DNA from: Candidatus Shapirobacteria bacterium
GTDB taxonomy: Bacteria > Patescibacteriota > Microgenomatia > UBA12405
NCBI GenBank assembly: GCA_041663285.1
Contig: JBAZSP010000001.1
Location: 7,454 to 71,453, forward strand
Reading direction: 5' to 3'
DNA: 64,000 nt
Positions 47,437 to 57,292 of the stretch are shown piece by piece. The notes beneath the pieces were generated by a model. That model was not told the DNA's origin. It ran no database searches and saw only the letters and a program-made list of their open reading frames with translations. Position 1 is the first letter of the stretch. Each line of letters opens with the position of its first letter. A program made the translations under genes and the position numbers.

Positions 47437-50400
47437 ATGCCTGCCAAAACCAAAAATCTAATTCTCCTCCCCATCCTTTTGTTGGTTTTTACCATTGGCG
47501 TTTTTATCCTTCGCAGCCGCTACAAGCCACCTTCTGTTGACCGCTATTCTCCTGCAACTCGTTTACAACTAACTTCCAGTCAGGATCTCCAGCTAACCGC
47601 TACCAAAACATCATCAGCCGGCATTGACCCTCAAACCAGTCTTTTGTTGACCGGCCAAGCCCCGCTCGACTTTAATGCCATATCGCAAAGCCTAAAAATC
47701 AGCCCTTCGGTTCCGTTCAAAATTACTCCCAAATCAGACAAAACTGCCGAGATAGTCCTGTCTCAAGCGTTAGAACCTTCCAAAATTTACAAATTCGTCT
47801 TGCCGGCTTTAGTCGGGAAAGTCGAGGCCAAAGATTATAACTGGGCCTTTCAGGTTTCATCACCTCTAAAGATTACCGGGACTTATCCTGGCAATCAGTC
47901 CACCGGAATTCCTTTAAACGCTGTCATCGAAATCTACTTCAACAATCCTGATTTTAACGTCGACTACCAAAAATATGTGACCGTTACTCCGGGTATTGAC
48001 GGTCATTTTGAGAAGCATCAAAATACGCTGGTTTTTGTTCATCAGGGTCTGTCTCCCACCACTCTCTATACTGTCACAGTTAAGTCCGGCATCGCCCTAA
48101 GCGATAATTCTCAAAAAACTCAAGAAGACTATACTTTTCAATTTGAAACTTCGTCAACCGAAAAGCAATCAGAAAAGATTTACCAATTTACCCAGCCGAT
48201 TTTTGAAACCACCCCCTCCAGCCAATCGATTGTCTTTTTGTCCAACTACGAAGTCACCACCACTTCAGGTAAGGGTCGGGTTTACCAGCTGACTGCCGAT
48301 GAATTCAAGAATTGTTTATCCCAAAGAAGCACCGTTCCTGGATGGAGCTACTACGCTTTGGCCCGTTTCCGCTGCCAACCTCCTCGGGAATCTGCGGCCG
48401 AATTTGACGTCGATATTAAGTCCACCGGCCAGAATGGCCAGCAGTATATCGAGATTCCGGGAAGTCTTAGCCAGCCTTATTACCTTTTTGAGCTGGATAA
48501 CCCCCAATCTCCACCCAGTCAGACCCTTTTGCAGATCAGTAATTACAGTTGGTATTACTGGTTTGGGGAGCGAGAATCCCTGGTGTGGATCAATGATTTA
48601 TCCTCCAAGAAGCCGGCAGTTTCTGTTCCGGTCAGTCTGGATGGCAAGCCTATTGGGACGACTAATCAAGACGGTATTTTGACTTTTGCTACCCCCAAAA
48701 ATTTCGCTGATTCGCCCCAGCCGATTCTGGAACTCGCTACTTCTCCCCATCATAGCTTCAGCCTAGTCGGTTATTCTAGCCGTTATCAGCCTTACGATTT
48801 TTCTTCCTACAATTCAGCCCATACCTCCTACTGGTCTTACCTTTATACCGACCGTAACCTATATCTGCCGGACGACGTCGTTAATTTATGGGGCATCATC
48901 CAGAGCAGAAACGGGCAACCGGTTTCAGAAGTCACCGTAAATCTTTTTCCACCGAATGATTACTCGTATAGCAAGAATGAATCCGAACCTTTAAAATCAG
49001 TAAAGATTCCGGTATCTTCGGCTGGAACTTTTGTCGCTTCTTTTGATCTTGCCGGCGTCAATCCCGGGTGGCACACTCTGTCCGTCTACAACGGTTCGGA
49101 ATTGGTCAGCTCGTCGGGTTTTAGTGTCCAAACCTTTACTAAACCAGCCTTTAAGCTTACTGCCAAGGCCTCCAAGTATGCTATCCGAGCCGGGGACTCC
49201 AACCAAATTTCTATACAGGCTAGTTTTTACGATGGAACCCCCCTGGCCAACACCACTCTGGCCTGGACGGCCTGGAGTAACCAGCGCAAAACCGGCGAGG
49301 TTACCACCGATAGCTCGGGCCGGGCGACTGTAAACTTAACCACCGAATATCAGGAAGGTCAGCAGAATTATTGGCCGTATCAAGCCACTATTAATTTCTG
49401 GCCCAAAGACCAACAGGAAGGGGATATCAATGCCTTTGCCAGTTTTTCTGTTTACGGTCCCGACTACCGTCTGATTCCGGCAGTTAAGTGGGATTCCGAA
49501 TCTTCTTCTGCCAAAGGTTCGGTTAAGGTTCAGCGCTACGACTACAATCTTCTCAATCAAAAATATTGGGTAGAGGATTTTCCTCCTGTTCCCAATGTCA
49601 AAGTTAATCTTGCCCTAACTCGTATTTGGTATGACCAAATTGAAAATGGCGAATACTACGACCCTATCAATAAAATCAGTCGTAAAAAGTACCGTTACGA
49701 GCGGCGTACCGAACCGGCCGGAAGTCAGGAGCTAACTACCGATGCCCAGGGGCTGATTACTTTTGGTTTTTCCGCTGCCAAACTTTCTCAATACGAGTTA
49801 GTTTTCAGCACTAAAGATCCGTCAGGGCGGACGGCCTATTCCATTTCCCATTTTTTTGCTGGTTTGTCAGGTACTGGTGAGGGCGAATCGAGCCAGGGCT
49901 TCACCCTCGAGGCCGATAAGGATCAATATCGGGTAGGGGAGGTGGCCAAAATTAAACTCCTTAATGACCAACTCCCGGCCCCGTCCGAATCTCCGAATCG
50001 TTATTTATTATTCAGCGTCAACAGCGGTTCCATCCTTGATCACCGCTCCCAATCTCAAAATACTCTCGACTTTGAGTTCCAGCAAAAATACGTTCCCAAT
50101 GTTTTCGTTAAAGCCGTCTGGTTTAACGGCAAAAACCATACCCAACCGGGTTATACATATGGTCACGACGCCGGCCTTAATCTACGCTATCTACACGAAG
50201 AGAAAGCTCTTACGGTTAAAGTCAATTCCGATAAGTCAAAATATCAGCCCCAAGATGAGGTCAGGCTATCAATCGAAGTCAAAGATGCCCAAGGCCAACC
50301 CCGTCAATCCCGGATCCTGTTGTCAGTAATCGATCAGGCTTTAAGTGATCTTTACGGTATTCCTCAAAGTGCCCTCTTGTCTTCGCTTTACCGCCTGCTT

Positions 50401-52353
50401 CCCGAAGGCGGCCTTTTAAGCTATAGTTCTCACCAGGATCTGGAATCGGTCGCAAAACCCGCCGGTGGTGCCGAAAGGGGAGGAGGTGGTGGTGACCGAT
50501 CAAGCTTCAAAAATACTGTACTTTTTAAAGAAGTTGAATCTGATTTAAACGGCCGGGCTACCTTAAAGTTCAAACTACCCGACAACATTACCTCCTGGCG
50601 CCTAAGTTCCCTGGCGGTATCTCCCAATCTTTTTGCCGGTGACAATTTTACCCTTATCCCCGTAACCAAGCCTCTCTTTGTCAATCTGGTTACTTCCGAT
50701 AATTTTATTACCTCCGATCAGCCCAAGATCACCGCTGTTTCCTATGGTGACTCCCTCTCGGATTCCGATGACGTAAAATTCAATCTTACGGCTGACTCAC
50801 TCAACCTCCGGCAGTCGAAGTCCGCCAAAGCTTTTCAGACTGTCGATTTTGACTTGGGTAAACTGTCTCCCGGCTCTCATAAATTAAGGATTGAGGCTGT
50901 TAGAGGCCAGGAAAGTGATGCTTTAATCCGCACTATAAATGTAGTTGATTCCCGATTTGTCGCTCCTCAGACCGAGTTTAAAGATATCTTAGAACGTTAT
51001 AGCCCATCCTGGGCTTCTTCTTCGCCGGCCAACTTTATTTTGGTAGATAAAGCCATCGGTTACTGGTTCCCCTATGTTCAGCAGCTTTCGTCGCTGTCAA
51101 ATTTTGGCCAGCAGGAGCGGCTTGACCGGATAGCCGCCCAATCAATCTCTGGGGAATTACTTACGGATTTTTATAGCCAATCACTTCCGGATCAGAGCTT
51201 GTCTCTTGATCGTTATTTAAAAAGCAATGGTTATTCTCTTTTGCCGGGTGCCGATGCAGATTTAGCTCTGACCAGTTCCATAGCTGCGGCTAATTTGCCC
51301 ACAGTCTCGGCCTCTTCATTAAAAACCATCCTGTGGCGGTACTTCCATCAGGAGTCGGATATTACCCGTGCTTCAGCTGCTTTATGGGGATTAGCCGAGC
51401 TAAACGAGCCGGTGCTTACTATCGTCCAAAACTTAGCCCGAGAGCAAAACTCTGTTTTTGGCCAGCTGTATCTTAGCTTGGCCGCTGCCGCTTTAGGGGA
51501 TCACGCTTCCTCGCAGGCAATTTTTAATCAAGCCACCGCCTCTTCCTTGGTCGAAGAATCACCCTACAAGTTTATTCGTATCGGCGAAGATTCAACTCTT
51601 AATCGTAAAGCTACCGCCCTGGCTGCTATTGTAACCGCCAGACTAAATCAAACCGAAATCACCGATGCCTTTTGGCGCTACCTCAATTCAACTTATGACA
51701 CCGACAATCTTATTGTTCTCGAAAAAGCCTTGATTCTAAAACATCAGCTGGCAAGCATACCCTCTTCCCAAACGGTCTTTAACATTTATCTAAGAGGTCA
51801 AAAGTCCGAGAAAACTTTAACCGATGGCCGTTCTCTTAACGTCGAAGTTTTCCCCACCGAACTTAAAGATTTTTCCATTGAGCCGCGCCTTGGCCGGTTA
51901 TCACTAATTGCCTCTTATTGGCAAAAAATTGATCCTTCCTCCTTAAAAACTGATCCCAATTTAGATATCAAGCTTTCACTTGAGCCGTCAAATCAAATTT
52001 CTGCCTCATCAGTCGTCAAGGTTAGGATTGATTGGCAAATCAAACAAGACGACACAAATCAATCCCACCTAGCTACGGTCAACTTGCCTTCGGGTTTAAG
52101 CTATATCGACAACCCTTATCAATATCACCTCGATCTCCCCGCCAATACCTATTACGGTTGGCCTTCAATGGTAAAAAACAATCAGCTAAACTTTTGGCTG
52201 ACCAAATGCGCATCCAATTGTTCTACTTTATACTTCCTTGCCCGGCCGGTAAACAAAGGCAGCTTTACATTTGAGCCATCAATAATTTATGCCAAAAATA
52301 CACCCTCTTCTCTTAATCTTACCCCTTCTTCTCCTGATCTTATTATTAAGTAA
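47437..52353 (+). CDS. Alpha-2-macroglobulin-family protein with N-terminal Ig-like domains
   Basis: YTDRNLY.P, DK.QY..G, LPDNITSWR, VNLPSG, YFLARPV..GSF..EP. Confidence 0.9.
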   Translation: MPAKTKNLILLPILLLVFTIGVFILRSRYKPPSVDRYSPATRLQLTSSQDLQLTATKTSSAGIDPQTSLLLTGQAPLDFNAISQSLKISPSVPFKITPKSDKTAEIVLSQALEPSKIYKFVLPALVGKVEAKDYNWAFQVSSPLKITGTYPGNQSTGIPLNAVIEIYFNNPDFNVDYQKYVTVTPGIDGHFEKHQNTLVFVHQGLSPTTLYTVTVKSGIALSDNSQKTQEDYTFQFETSSTEKQSEKIYQFTQPIFETTPSSQSIVFLSNYEVTTTSGKGRVYQLTADEFKNCLSQRSTVPGWSYYALARFRCQPPRESAAEFDVDIKSTGQNGQQYIEIPGSLSQPYYLFELDNPQSPPSQTLLQISNYSWYYWFGERESLVWINDLSSKKPAVSVPVSLDGKPIGTTNQDGILTFATPKNFADSPQPILELATSPHHSFSLVGYSSRYQPYDFSSYNSAHTSYWSYLYTDRNLYLPDDVVNLWGIIQSRNGQPVSEVTVNLFPPNDYSYSKNESEPLKSVKIPVSSAGTFVASFDLAGVNPGWHTLSVYNGSELVSSSGFSVQTFTKPAFKLTAKASKYAIRAGDSNQISIQASFYDGTPLANTTLAWTAWSNQRKTGEVTTDSSGRATVNLTTEYQEGQQNYWPYQATINFWPKDQQEGDINAFASFSVYGPDYRLIPAVKWDSESSSAKGSVKVQRYDYNLLNQKYWVEDFPPVPNVKVNLALTRIWYDQIENGEYYDPINKISRKKYRYERRTEPAGSQELTTDAQGLITFGFSAAKLSQYELVFSTKDPSGRTAYSISHFFAGLSGTGEGESSQGFTLEADKDQYRVGEVAKIKLLNDQLPAPSESPNRYLLFSVNSGSILDHRSQSQNTLDFEFQQKYVPNVFVKAVWFNGKNHTQPGYTYGHDAGLNLRYLHEEKALTVKVNSDKSKYQPQDEVRLSIEVKDAQGQPRQSRILLSVIDQALSDLYGIPQSALLSSLYRLLPEGGLLSYSSHQDLESVAKPAGGAERGGGGGDRSSFKNTVLFKEVESDLNGRATLKFKLPDNITSWRLSSLAVSPNLFAGDNFTLIPVTKPLFVNLVTSDNFITSDQPKITAVSYGDSLSDSDDVKFNLTADSLNLRQSKSAKAFQTVDFDLGKLSPGSHKLRIEAVRGQESDALIRTINVVDSRFVAPQTEFKDILERYSPSWASSSPANFILVDKAIGYWFPYVQQLSSLSNFGQQERLDRIAAQSISGELLTDFYSQSLPDQSLSLDRYLKSNGYSLLPGADADLALTSSIAAANLPTVSASSLKTILWRYFHQESDITRASAALWGLAELNEPVLTIVQNLAREQNSVFGQLYLSLAAAALGDHASSQAIFNQATASSLVEESPYKFIRIGEDSTLNRKATALAAIVTARLNQTEITDAFWRYLNSTYDTDNLIVLEKALILKHQLASIPSSQTVFNIYLRGQKSEKTLTDGRSLNVEVFPTELKDFSIEPRLGRLSLIASYWQKIDPSSLKTDPNLDIKLSLEPSNQISASSVVKVRIDWQIKQDDTNQSHLATVNLPSGLSYIDNPYQYHLDLPANTYYGWPSMVKNNQLNFWLTKCASNCSTLYFLARPVNKGSFTFEPSIIYAKNTPSSLNLTPSSPDLIIK

Positions 52354-52954
52354 GTTCTTTTTTCTGCCTCTAATTCGGCCGCCTCTCCGGGGTTTTGTCA
52401 TTCCCCAGAATTCCATGTTCAATGGCCAGATTATTGAACTGCTACGGAAGCACCAATCGCCCAATATCAAAAACATTGTAATTTTTGGTACTAACCATCA
52501 GGACGTCGGGCCTTTAATTATTTCTGTCGCTGATCCCAGTTTCCAATCATTGATTTCTACCGAGCACAGCTACCAAAATACGTTTCAGGTCGCTAAAGTC
52601 GTTTATCCCCGGGTATCGGTTACTGGTTATCTTTTTCGGCCTGGTCACGATTATCCGGCTGTCTTTAAATTTGCCGATTCACTCAAAACGGCTTTTGACC
52701 CATCTACTACCTTATTCTTGGCGTCGGTTGATTTTGCCCACTATCTTGATGAGTTGACTTCGCTTCAAAACGACGCCACCACCTTGGATTTATTAACCAG
52801 TCATAATTATCCGTCTCTTTCCAATTTAACTTCAACCCACACCGACTGTCCTGACTGCCTTATCGCTATGGCTCGCTTGTTCGGAACCGATCATCTGCTT
52901 ATCCCAAGTCACACCTATCAGTCGGCTACCAGTTACTTTTTTATGACCTGGTAA
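52289..52954 (+). CDS. MEMO/AmmeMemoRadiSam protein B-like
   Basis: GTNH, EHS, ASVDFAHY, DCP, TSYF. Confidence 0.7.
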   Translation: MPKIHPLLLILPLLLLILLLSKFFFLPLIRPPLRGFVIPQNSMFNGQIIELLRKHQSPNIKNIVIFGTNHQDVGPLIISVADPSFQSLISTEHSYQNTFQVAKVVYPRVSVTGYLFRPGHDYPAVFKFADSLKTAFDPSTTLFLASVDFAHYLDELTSLQNDATTLDLLTSHNYPSLSNLTSTHTDCPDCLIAMARLFGTDHLLIPSHTYQSATSYFFMTW

Positions 52955-52972
52955 CTAGCTTTCTTATTCCAA

Positions 52973-53098
52973 GACAGCAAAAGCCCCGATAATAAAATCG
53001 GGGATGAAGCTATCAATAACCGGACGAAGTCCGACAGGAGCGGAACATTTACCCGCCTTTGGAGGGCAAAACCCCGACCGTAAGGTCGTGGGTTTTTT
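52973..53098. mobile_element. Candidate non-autonomous IS200/IS605-type palindromic element
   Basis: Two same-orientation AA(G/A)CCCCGA...TCG(T/G)GGG hairpins (52984-53003, 53068-53096) around a cGAAg mini-hairpin (53021-53033); no transposase. Confidence 0.5.
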
Positions 53099-53747
53099 AT
53101 TCGATCTCTTCCAGGATCCCGCTACCACCTTCCGTTTCTGTTTGTACCACCGGTTTAGCAGCCGGTTTAGCCGCCACCGGAGTTGGGTAAAAAAATTCCC
53201 AGGAATCAAAAATCTCATTAAATAGTTTCATCCAATAATCAGATTTTGCCATATCGGTTTTGACCAAAAATAGTATTTGGTCATCAATCGCCCCGGCGAT
53301 CAATTTTCCGTTATCACTAAACATTATCTTCTTGCTCGGTTTATCTCCTAAGCTGGTTTCGATTACATTACCGCCCTTTAGGTTGGTGTCATTCTTAACC
53401 CAAGCCTCAACGTTACTGTATCGTGTATCTTCAGCTAAAATTATTATTTGCCCCTTTTCTTTCTGGCTTTCAATCGTTAGATTGGTGTATCGGTTCGGGT
53501 CGTCAACTTTCTGGGTCACGGTCACGCCCACCGGGTAAGTAAAAACAAAGCCGGCCTCGTCTTTCCAGGTACTTTTTGCCGGAATACTCGTCGGAGTCGG
53601 CCCGCTTTCTTGGGCAATCGGTTGGTTTTGGGTCGCTGTCTGGTCGGTCGACTTTTTAGCCTTAGTAACCGACCACATCACCCCCCAAAACACCAAACTG
53701 GCCACTATCGCCACCCCAACTACTACCACAATTTTATTTTTCACCAT
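53097..53747 (-). CDS. Membrane-anchored PsbP-like protein
   Basis: Start refined to MVKNK (53747); TM, Pro/Thr linker, GFVFTYP, F.EIFDSWEF. Confidence 0.65.
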   Translation of the reverse strand: MVKNKIVVVVGVAIVASLVFWGVMWSVTKAKKSTDQTATQNQPIAQESGPTPTSIPAKSTWKDEAGFVFTYPVGVTVTQKVDDPNRYTNLTIESQKEKGQIIILAEDTRYSNVEAWVKNDTNLKGGNVIETSLGDKPSKKIMFSDNGKLIAGAIDDQILFLVKTDMAKSDYWMKLFNEIFDSWEFFYPTPVAAKPAAKPVVQTETEGGSGILEEIE

Positions 53748-53769
53748 GTTTAGGTTATCATATTTAATA

Positions 53770-54195
53770 ATGAAAAAGAAACTATTTCTTATTTGTCTGT
53801 TCTCTTTATTCATCTTCTTTTCTCCTCGGTCATCTTTGGCTTTAAAAAAACGGGTCTGGCGTCCCGTTTCTTCGTCATCCGGCTCCGGTGGCTCCCCGTC
53901 AATCTCGGCCAAACTATCCGCCGACCGCCAAAACATTATTCTTTCTTTTCGAAATGTTACCGCCACCACTTCCGTTGGCTATGAGCTTACTTACATAGGT
54001 AACGATTTAGAACAGGGTATTTTTGGCTCGGTTTCTCCCTCCGAAGGCAATGCCGTTGGCCGGACAATTTATTTTGGCACCTGCTCCAAAAACCACTGCA
54101 CTCCTCACAAAAATCTTAAAAACGGTGTCCTTGCCATCACTTATCACCTTAAATCAGGCAGTACTTCGGCAAAAAAATACCGTATCCGATTTTGA
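53770..54195 (+). CDS. Secreted hypothetical protein
   Basis: Signal peptide MKKKLFL, YELTY, FGTCS...C. Confidence 0.7.
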   Translation: MKKKLFLICLFSLFIFFSPRSSLALKKRVWRPVSSSSGSGGSPSISAKLSADRQNIILSFRNVTATTSVGYELTYIGNDLEQGIFGSVSPSEGNAVGRTIYFGTCSKNHCTPHKNLKNGVLAITYHLKSGSTSAKKYRIRF

Positions 54196-54204
54196 GGTTG
54201 GTTT

Positions 54205-54750
54205 ATGAAATCTTTTTTAAAAGCCCTGTTGTTGGCTTTTTTGGCCTATGCTGTCATCTTTGGTTTTTTGGGCTTTGTTTCTATCCTGATTCCCAGTCCC
54301 TATTTTTCTTATGCCCTAACCGCCAGTGCTTCTTTCTCTATCTTGGTGGCGGTTATTATTTTTGTCAGTATCCATTGGCACCAAATCCCGGCATTGCTTT
54401 TTATCCTACTTTTAGGCGTGATAACCGCCTATTTCCCCTTAGGTTATCCCATGTCCGAAGATCCTCATACCTGTCAGAGCTTTCCCTGCACAAATTTCCG
54501 GCCGGACTTACAAAAATCCTACTTTTTGGTCCGGGGTGTTCCTTTAATTTGGCAGGGTTATGCCAGCTTTCCTTTGGAATCTAAAATTAGAATTACCCCG
54601 GCTCCTTATTCCGATTTTGGCCGTTATGGCGGAGATTGGTGGGCTCCGGCTGCTTATTGGCCCAACCTTGTGAACAATATTTTAATCATTATCTATCCTT
54701 CTGCCCTTTTTTATTTGCTAAAAATTCTCCTTCCCCGATTTAGGTCTTGA
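54205..54750 (+). CDS. Hypothetical membrane protein
   Basis: Three N-terminal TM plus one C-terminal TM, RG.P motif. Confidence 0.65.
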   Translation: MKSFLKALLLAFLAYAVIFGFLGFVSILIPSPYFSYALTASASFSILVAVIIFVSIHWHQIPALLFILLLGVITAYFPLGYPMSEDPHTCQSFPCTNFRPDLQKSYFLVRGVPLIWQGYASFPLESKIRITPAPYSDFGRYGGDWWAPAAYWPNLVNNILIIIYPSALFYLLKILLPRFRS

Positions 54751-54776
54751 CTTCGGGTTTTATACGGGTGTATCTT
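54747..54776 (+). promoter_or_regulatory. sigma70-like promoter of the dinB operon
   Basis: TTGACT-N18-TATCTT with CGGGT repeated 11 bp apart in the spacer. Confidence 0.45.
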
Positions 54777-54784
54777 TTGGTATT

Positions 54785-55045
54785 GTGATCCAAAAAATTA
54801 GCGCTCCCGTTAGTGTGGTTTTAACTTTTAGTCATCGTCAGCGGACGGTCCGGCCGGTCAAGCTGGTCTGGGATGGTCACGAACATGTCATTACCAAAAT
54901 CGGTTTTCACCACACTTACTGGCAGGGGAGGACTTTATACCATGTTTTTTCAGTCGCTTCACCATCAATGTTTTTTCGTCTTGTCCTGAATACTCAAAAT
55001 TTATTTTGGATTCTCGAGGAGGTTTCCGATGACCTGCCCGCCTGA
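54785..55045 (+). CDS. Small beta-rich DinB partner (YqjX/DUF6504-like)
   Basis: P...WDG....I.KI...F.V....F.L.......W.L pattern; overlaps the dinB start. Confidence 0.65.
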   Translation: MIQKISAPVSVVLTFSHRQRTVRPVKLVWDGHEHVITKIGFHHTYWQGRTLYHVFSVASPSMFFRLVLNTQNLFWILEEVSDDLPA

Positions 55046-56258
55046 ATTACCTTTTAATCCCAAACCTTCTACCGTTATGTTCATCGACCTCAATTCCTGT
55101 TTTGCTTCCATTGAGCAACAGGCCAATCCGCTTTTGCGTGGTCGGCCTATTGCCGTGGCGGCTTACGATTCGCCCCGGGGCTGTATTTTGGCTCCCTCTG
55201 TCGAAGCCAAAAAATTAGGCATTAAAGTTGGTATGAGAGTGGCCGACGGTCAGCTTATTTGCCCCGGTCTTTTGGTCTTAACTCCCGACCCTCACAAGTA
55301 CCGGGCGGTTCATCGTCAGTTGCGGGCTATTTTGGGCCAATACACCACTCAATTTGTTGCCAAATCAGTCGATGAATTCGTGCTAAACCTTGAGGGTTTC
55401 CCTGCCTTTCGCCGCGGTCTGTTTACCGTCGGTCAGGAAATCAAAAGCCGGATCCGGTCCGAAATCGGTGACTGGTTGACCGTCTCTATTGGCCTGGCTC
55501 CTAACCGTTTCCTGGCCAAAACGGCTTCTAATCTAAAAAAGCCGGATGGTTTGGAAGAAATAAATATTTCTAATTTTAAGCAGATTTATGCCCGTCTGTC
55601 TTTGACCGATTTAACCGGGATCGACAAAAATCTAGCCGCCCGGCTTAATCTGGTCGGCATCCATACCGTTTTAGACTTTTTCGGCTCATCTCTTAGCCGT
55701 TTAAAATCCGCCTTCCGTTCAGTTTGCGGCTATTACTGGTATCTCCGGCTTCGCGGCTGGGAAATAGACGACGTCGAATTTGGCCGCAAAAGCTTCGGCC
55801 ACATGTATTCACTGCCGCGCCCCTTGGTTACCAAAGCCGAGCTTTCGCCGATCTTAGCCAAATTGGTCGAAAAAACCTGTTATCGGCTTCGCCAAAAAGG
55901 TTATCACACCCGCGGCCTTCATTTGGCCGTTTTATATCGTGATCATAGTTTTTGGCACCAGGGCATGGCTACTCAAGCCACCCTCTTCTCTTCTGCCGAT
56001 ATCTACAAATTGGCCCTTAGAATTTTGTCCCGCTCACCCTATCTTAAGCCGGTGGCCAATCTTTCGGTTTCCTGTTTTAATCTGGTCAAAAGCCAATCGG
56101 TTCAGTTTGATTTATTCGACACCGTCGCCCCCAAGTTAAGGCTGACCCAGGCTCTTGACAATATCAACACCATTTACGGCAATTTTGTCATCACCCCGGC
56201 CGTCATGCTTGGCACCGGCGATCAGGTTCTCGACCGCATTGGCTTTGGGAATATTTAG
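55029..56258 (+). CDS. dinB: Y-family DNA polymerase IV
   Basis: IDLNSCFAS.EQ, S.EAK..G, SVDE, LAK.AS..KKPDG. Confidence 0.93.
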   Translation: MTCPPELPFNPKPSTVMFIDLNSCFASIEQQANPLLRGRPIAVAAYDSPRGCILAPSVEAKKLGIKVGMRVADGQLICPGLLVLTPDPHKYRAVHRQLRAILGQYTTQFVAKSVDEFVLNLEGFPAFRRGLFTVGQEIKSRIRSEIGDWLTVSIGLAPNRFLAKTASNLKKPDGLEEINISNFKQIYARLSLTDLTGIDKNLAARLNLVGIHTVLDFFGSSLSRLKSAFRSVCGYYWYLRLRGWEIDDVEFGRKSFGHMYSLPRPLVTKAELSPILAKLVEKTCYRLRQKGYHTRGLHLAVLYRDHSFWHQGMATQATLFSSADIYKLALRILSRSPYLKPVANLSVSCFNLVKSQSVQFDLFDTVAPKLRLTQALDNINTIYGNFVITPAVMLGTGDQVLDRIGFGNI

Positions 56259-56476
56259 TAGGTTCCGCCTCCGCCTCTGTGCCTGCCCCTACTAAGTGGT
56301 CCCGTTCCCCACATGTTTGCTTGCCTTCTGGCAACAGCTAGCCTTCCGCTCCGTCCTCCTCTTATCGGTGTCGGATATCCTTGATCAGCAGAGACATCAT
56401 CCATATCCGAAACAGCTGGCGGATTTTCCGCTCCAACCCGGGGAGGGACAATTACTCGTTCCGTTTTAACAGCCAT
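56255..56476 (-). CDS. Small Gly/Arg-rich hypothetical protein
   Basis: ATG start, -10-like TA-rich sequence upstream, non-overlapping position. Confidence 0.45.
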   Translation of the reverse strand: MAVKTERVIVPPRVGAENPPAVSDMDDVSADQGYPTPIRGGRSGRLAVARRQANMWGTGPLSRGRHRGGGGTY

Positions 56477-56656
56477 ACAGTAATTATATTACTATAAATC
56501 CAATTTATCATTCAAAGGATACGGCCGGCGAACAAAGATAACCAGGCCGAATATTTAATATTAACCATCTCTATCCTGTAAAGATTAAACAAATTTTTGT
56601 TTTCTCGCTCATTTTTGCTATCATAAATCCTATCTCATAAATCATAAATCAAACTT

Positions 56657-57259
56657 GTGTACACCGAAGTCTTCTTTGACATCGAAACCCAAAAACTATT
56701 CAGTGAGGTTTCGGCTTTTAACCCCTCTCTTTTGGGAGTCTCAATTGTTTCTGTTTACGTCCGGCAAATCAATGCTGATTATCAAGAGCAAAGCGGCCAA
56801 ATGTCCAGCTTTTGGGAAAACGAGCTAGGCCAAATGTGGCCACTTTTTGCCAATGCCAATCGGGTGATTGGTTTTAATTCTCTTGGTTTTGATGTTCCCA
56901 TTTTAGCCCCTCTTTGTCCTTTCAATTTCAAAAAATTAAACCACTTCGACCTGATGGACAAGGTTAAACAGGTTATCGGGTTTCGGGTGAGCTTAAATAC
57001 TTTGGCCAAATCCACCCTCGGTCTTCAAAAATCCGACGAAGGTATTAACGCCGTCCTTTACTGGCAAAAACACGACCCGTTGTCGCTTCAAAAATTAAAA
57101 CAGTATTGCGAAGACGACGTTTATCTCACCCGTGATCTTTACGATTACGGTTTGCACCACCACCAGTTCAAGTTTATTGACAAATGGAACTCTCCCCGGG
57201 TTGTCAATATTGATTTTAGCTACCCTCCGGCCGACGACTCTCAAATCCAGCTTTTCTAA
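56657..57259 (+). CDS. RNase H-like DEDD 3'-5' exonuclease (YprB-like)
   Basis: FDIET, GFNS..FD, YCEDDV. Confidence 0.88.
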   Translation: MYTEVFFDIETQKLFSEVSAFNPSLLGVSIVSVYVRQINADYQEQSGQMSSFWENELGQMWPLFANANRVIGFNSLGFDVPILAPLCPFNFKKLNHFDLMDKVKQVIGFRVSLNTLAKSTLGLQKSDEGINAVLYWQKHDPLSLQKLKQYCEDDVYLTRDLYDYGLHHHQFKFIDKWNSPRVVNIDFSYPPADDSQIQLF

Positions 57260-57292
57260 ATGTTATATTAGTTAAGTTACCACTATTTAAAA

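Noticed and set aside
52964-53225. 84-aa and 73-aa ORFs across the hairpin element
   Set aside because: They overlap palindromic DNA and the end of a real gene and show no protein features.
53748-53969. N-terminal extension of the 290-aa ORF
   Set aside because: It overlaps a better divergent gene; the TM-led start at 53747 is more plausible.
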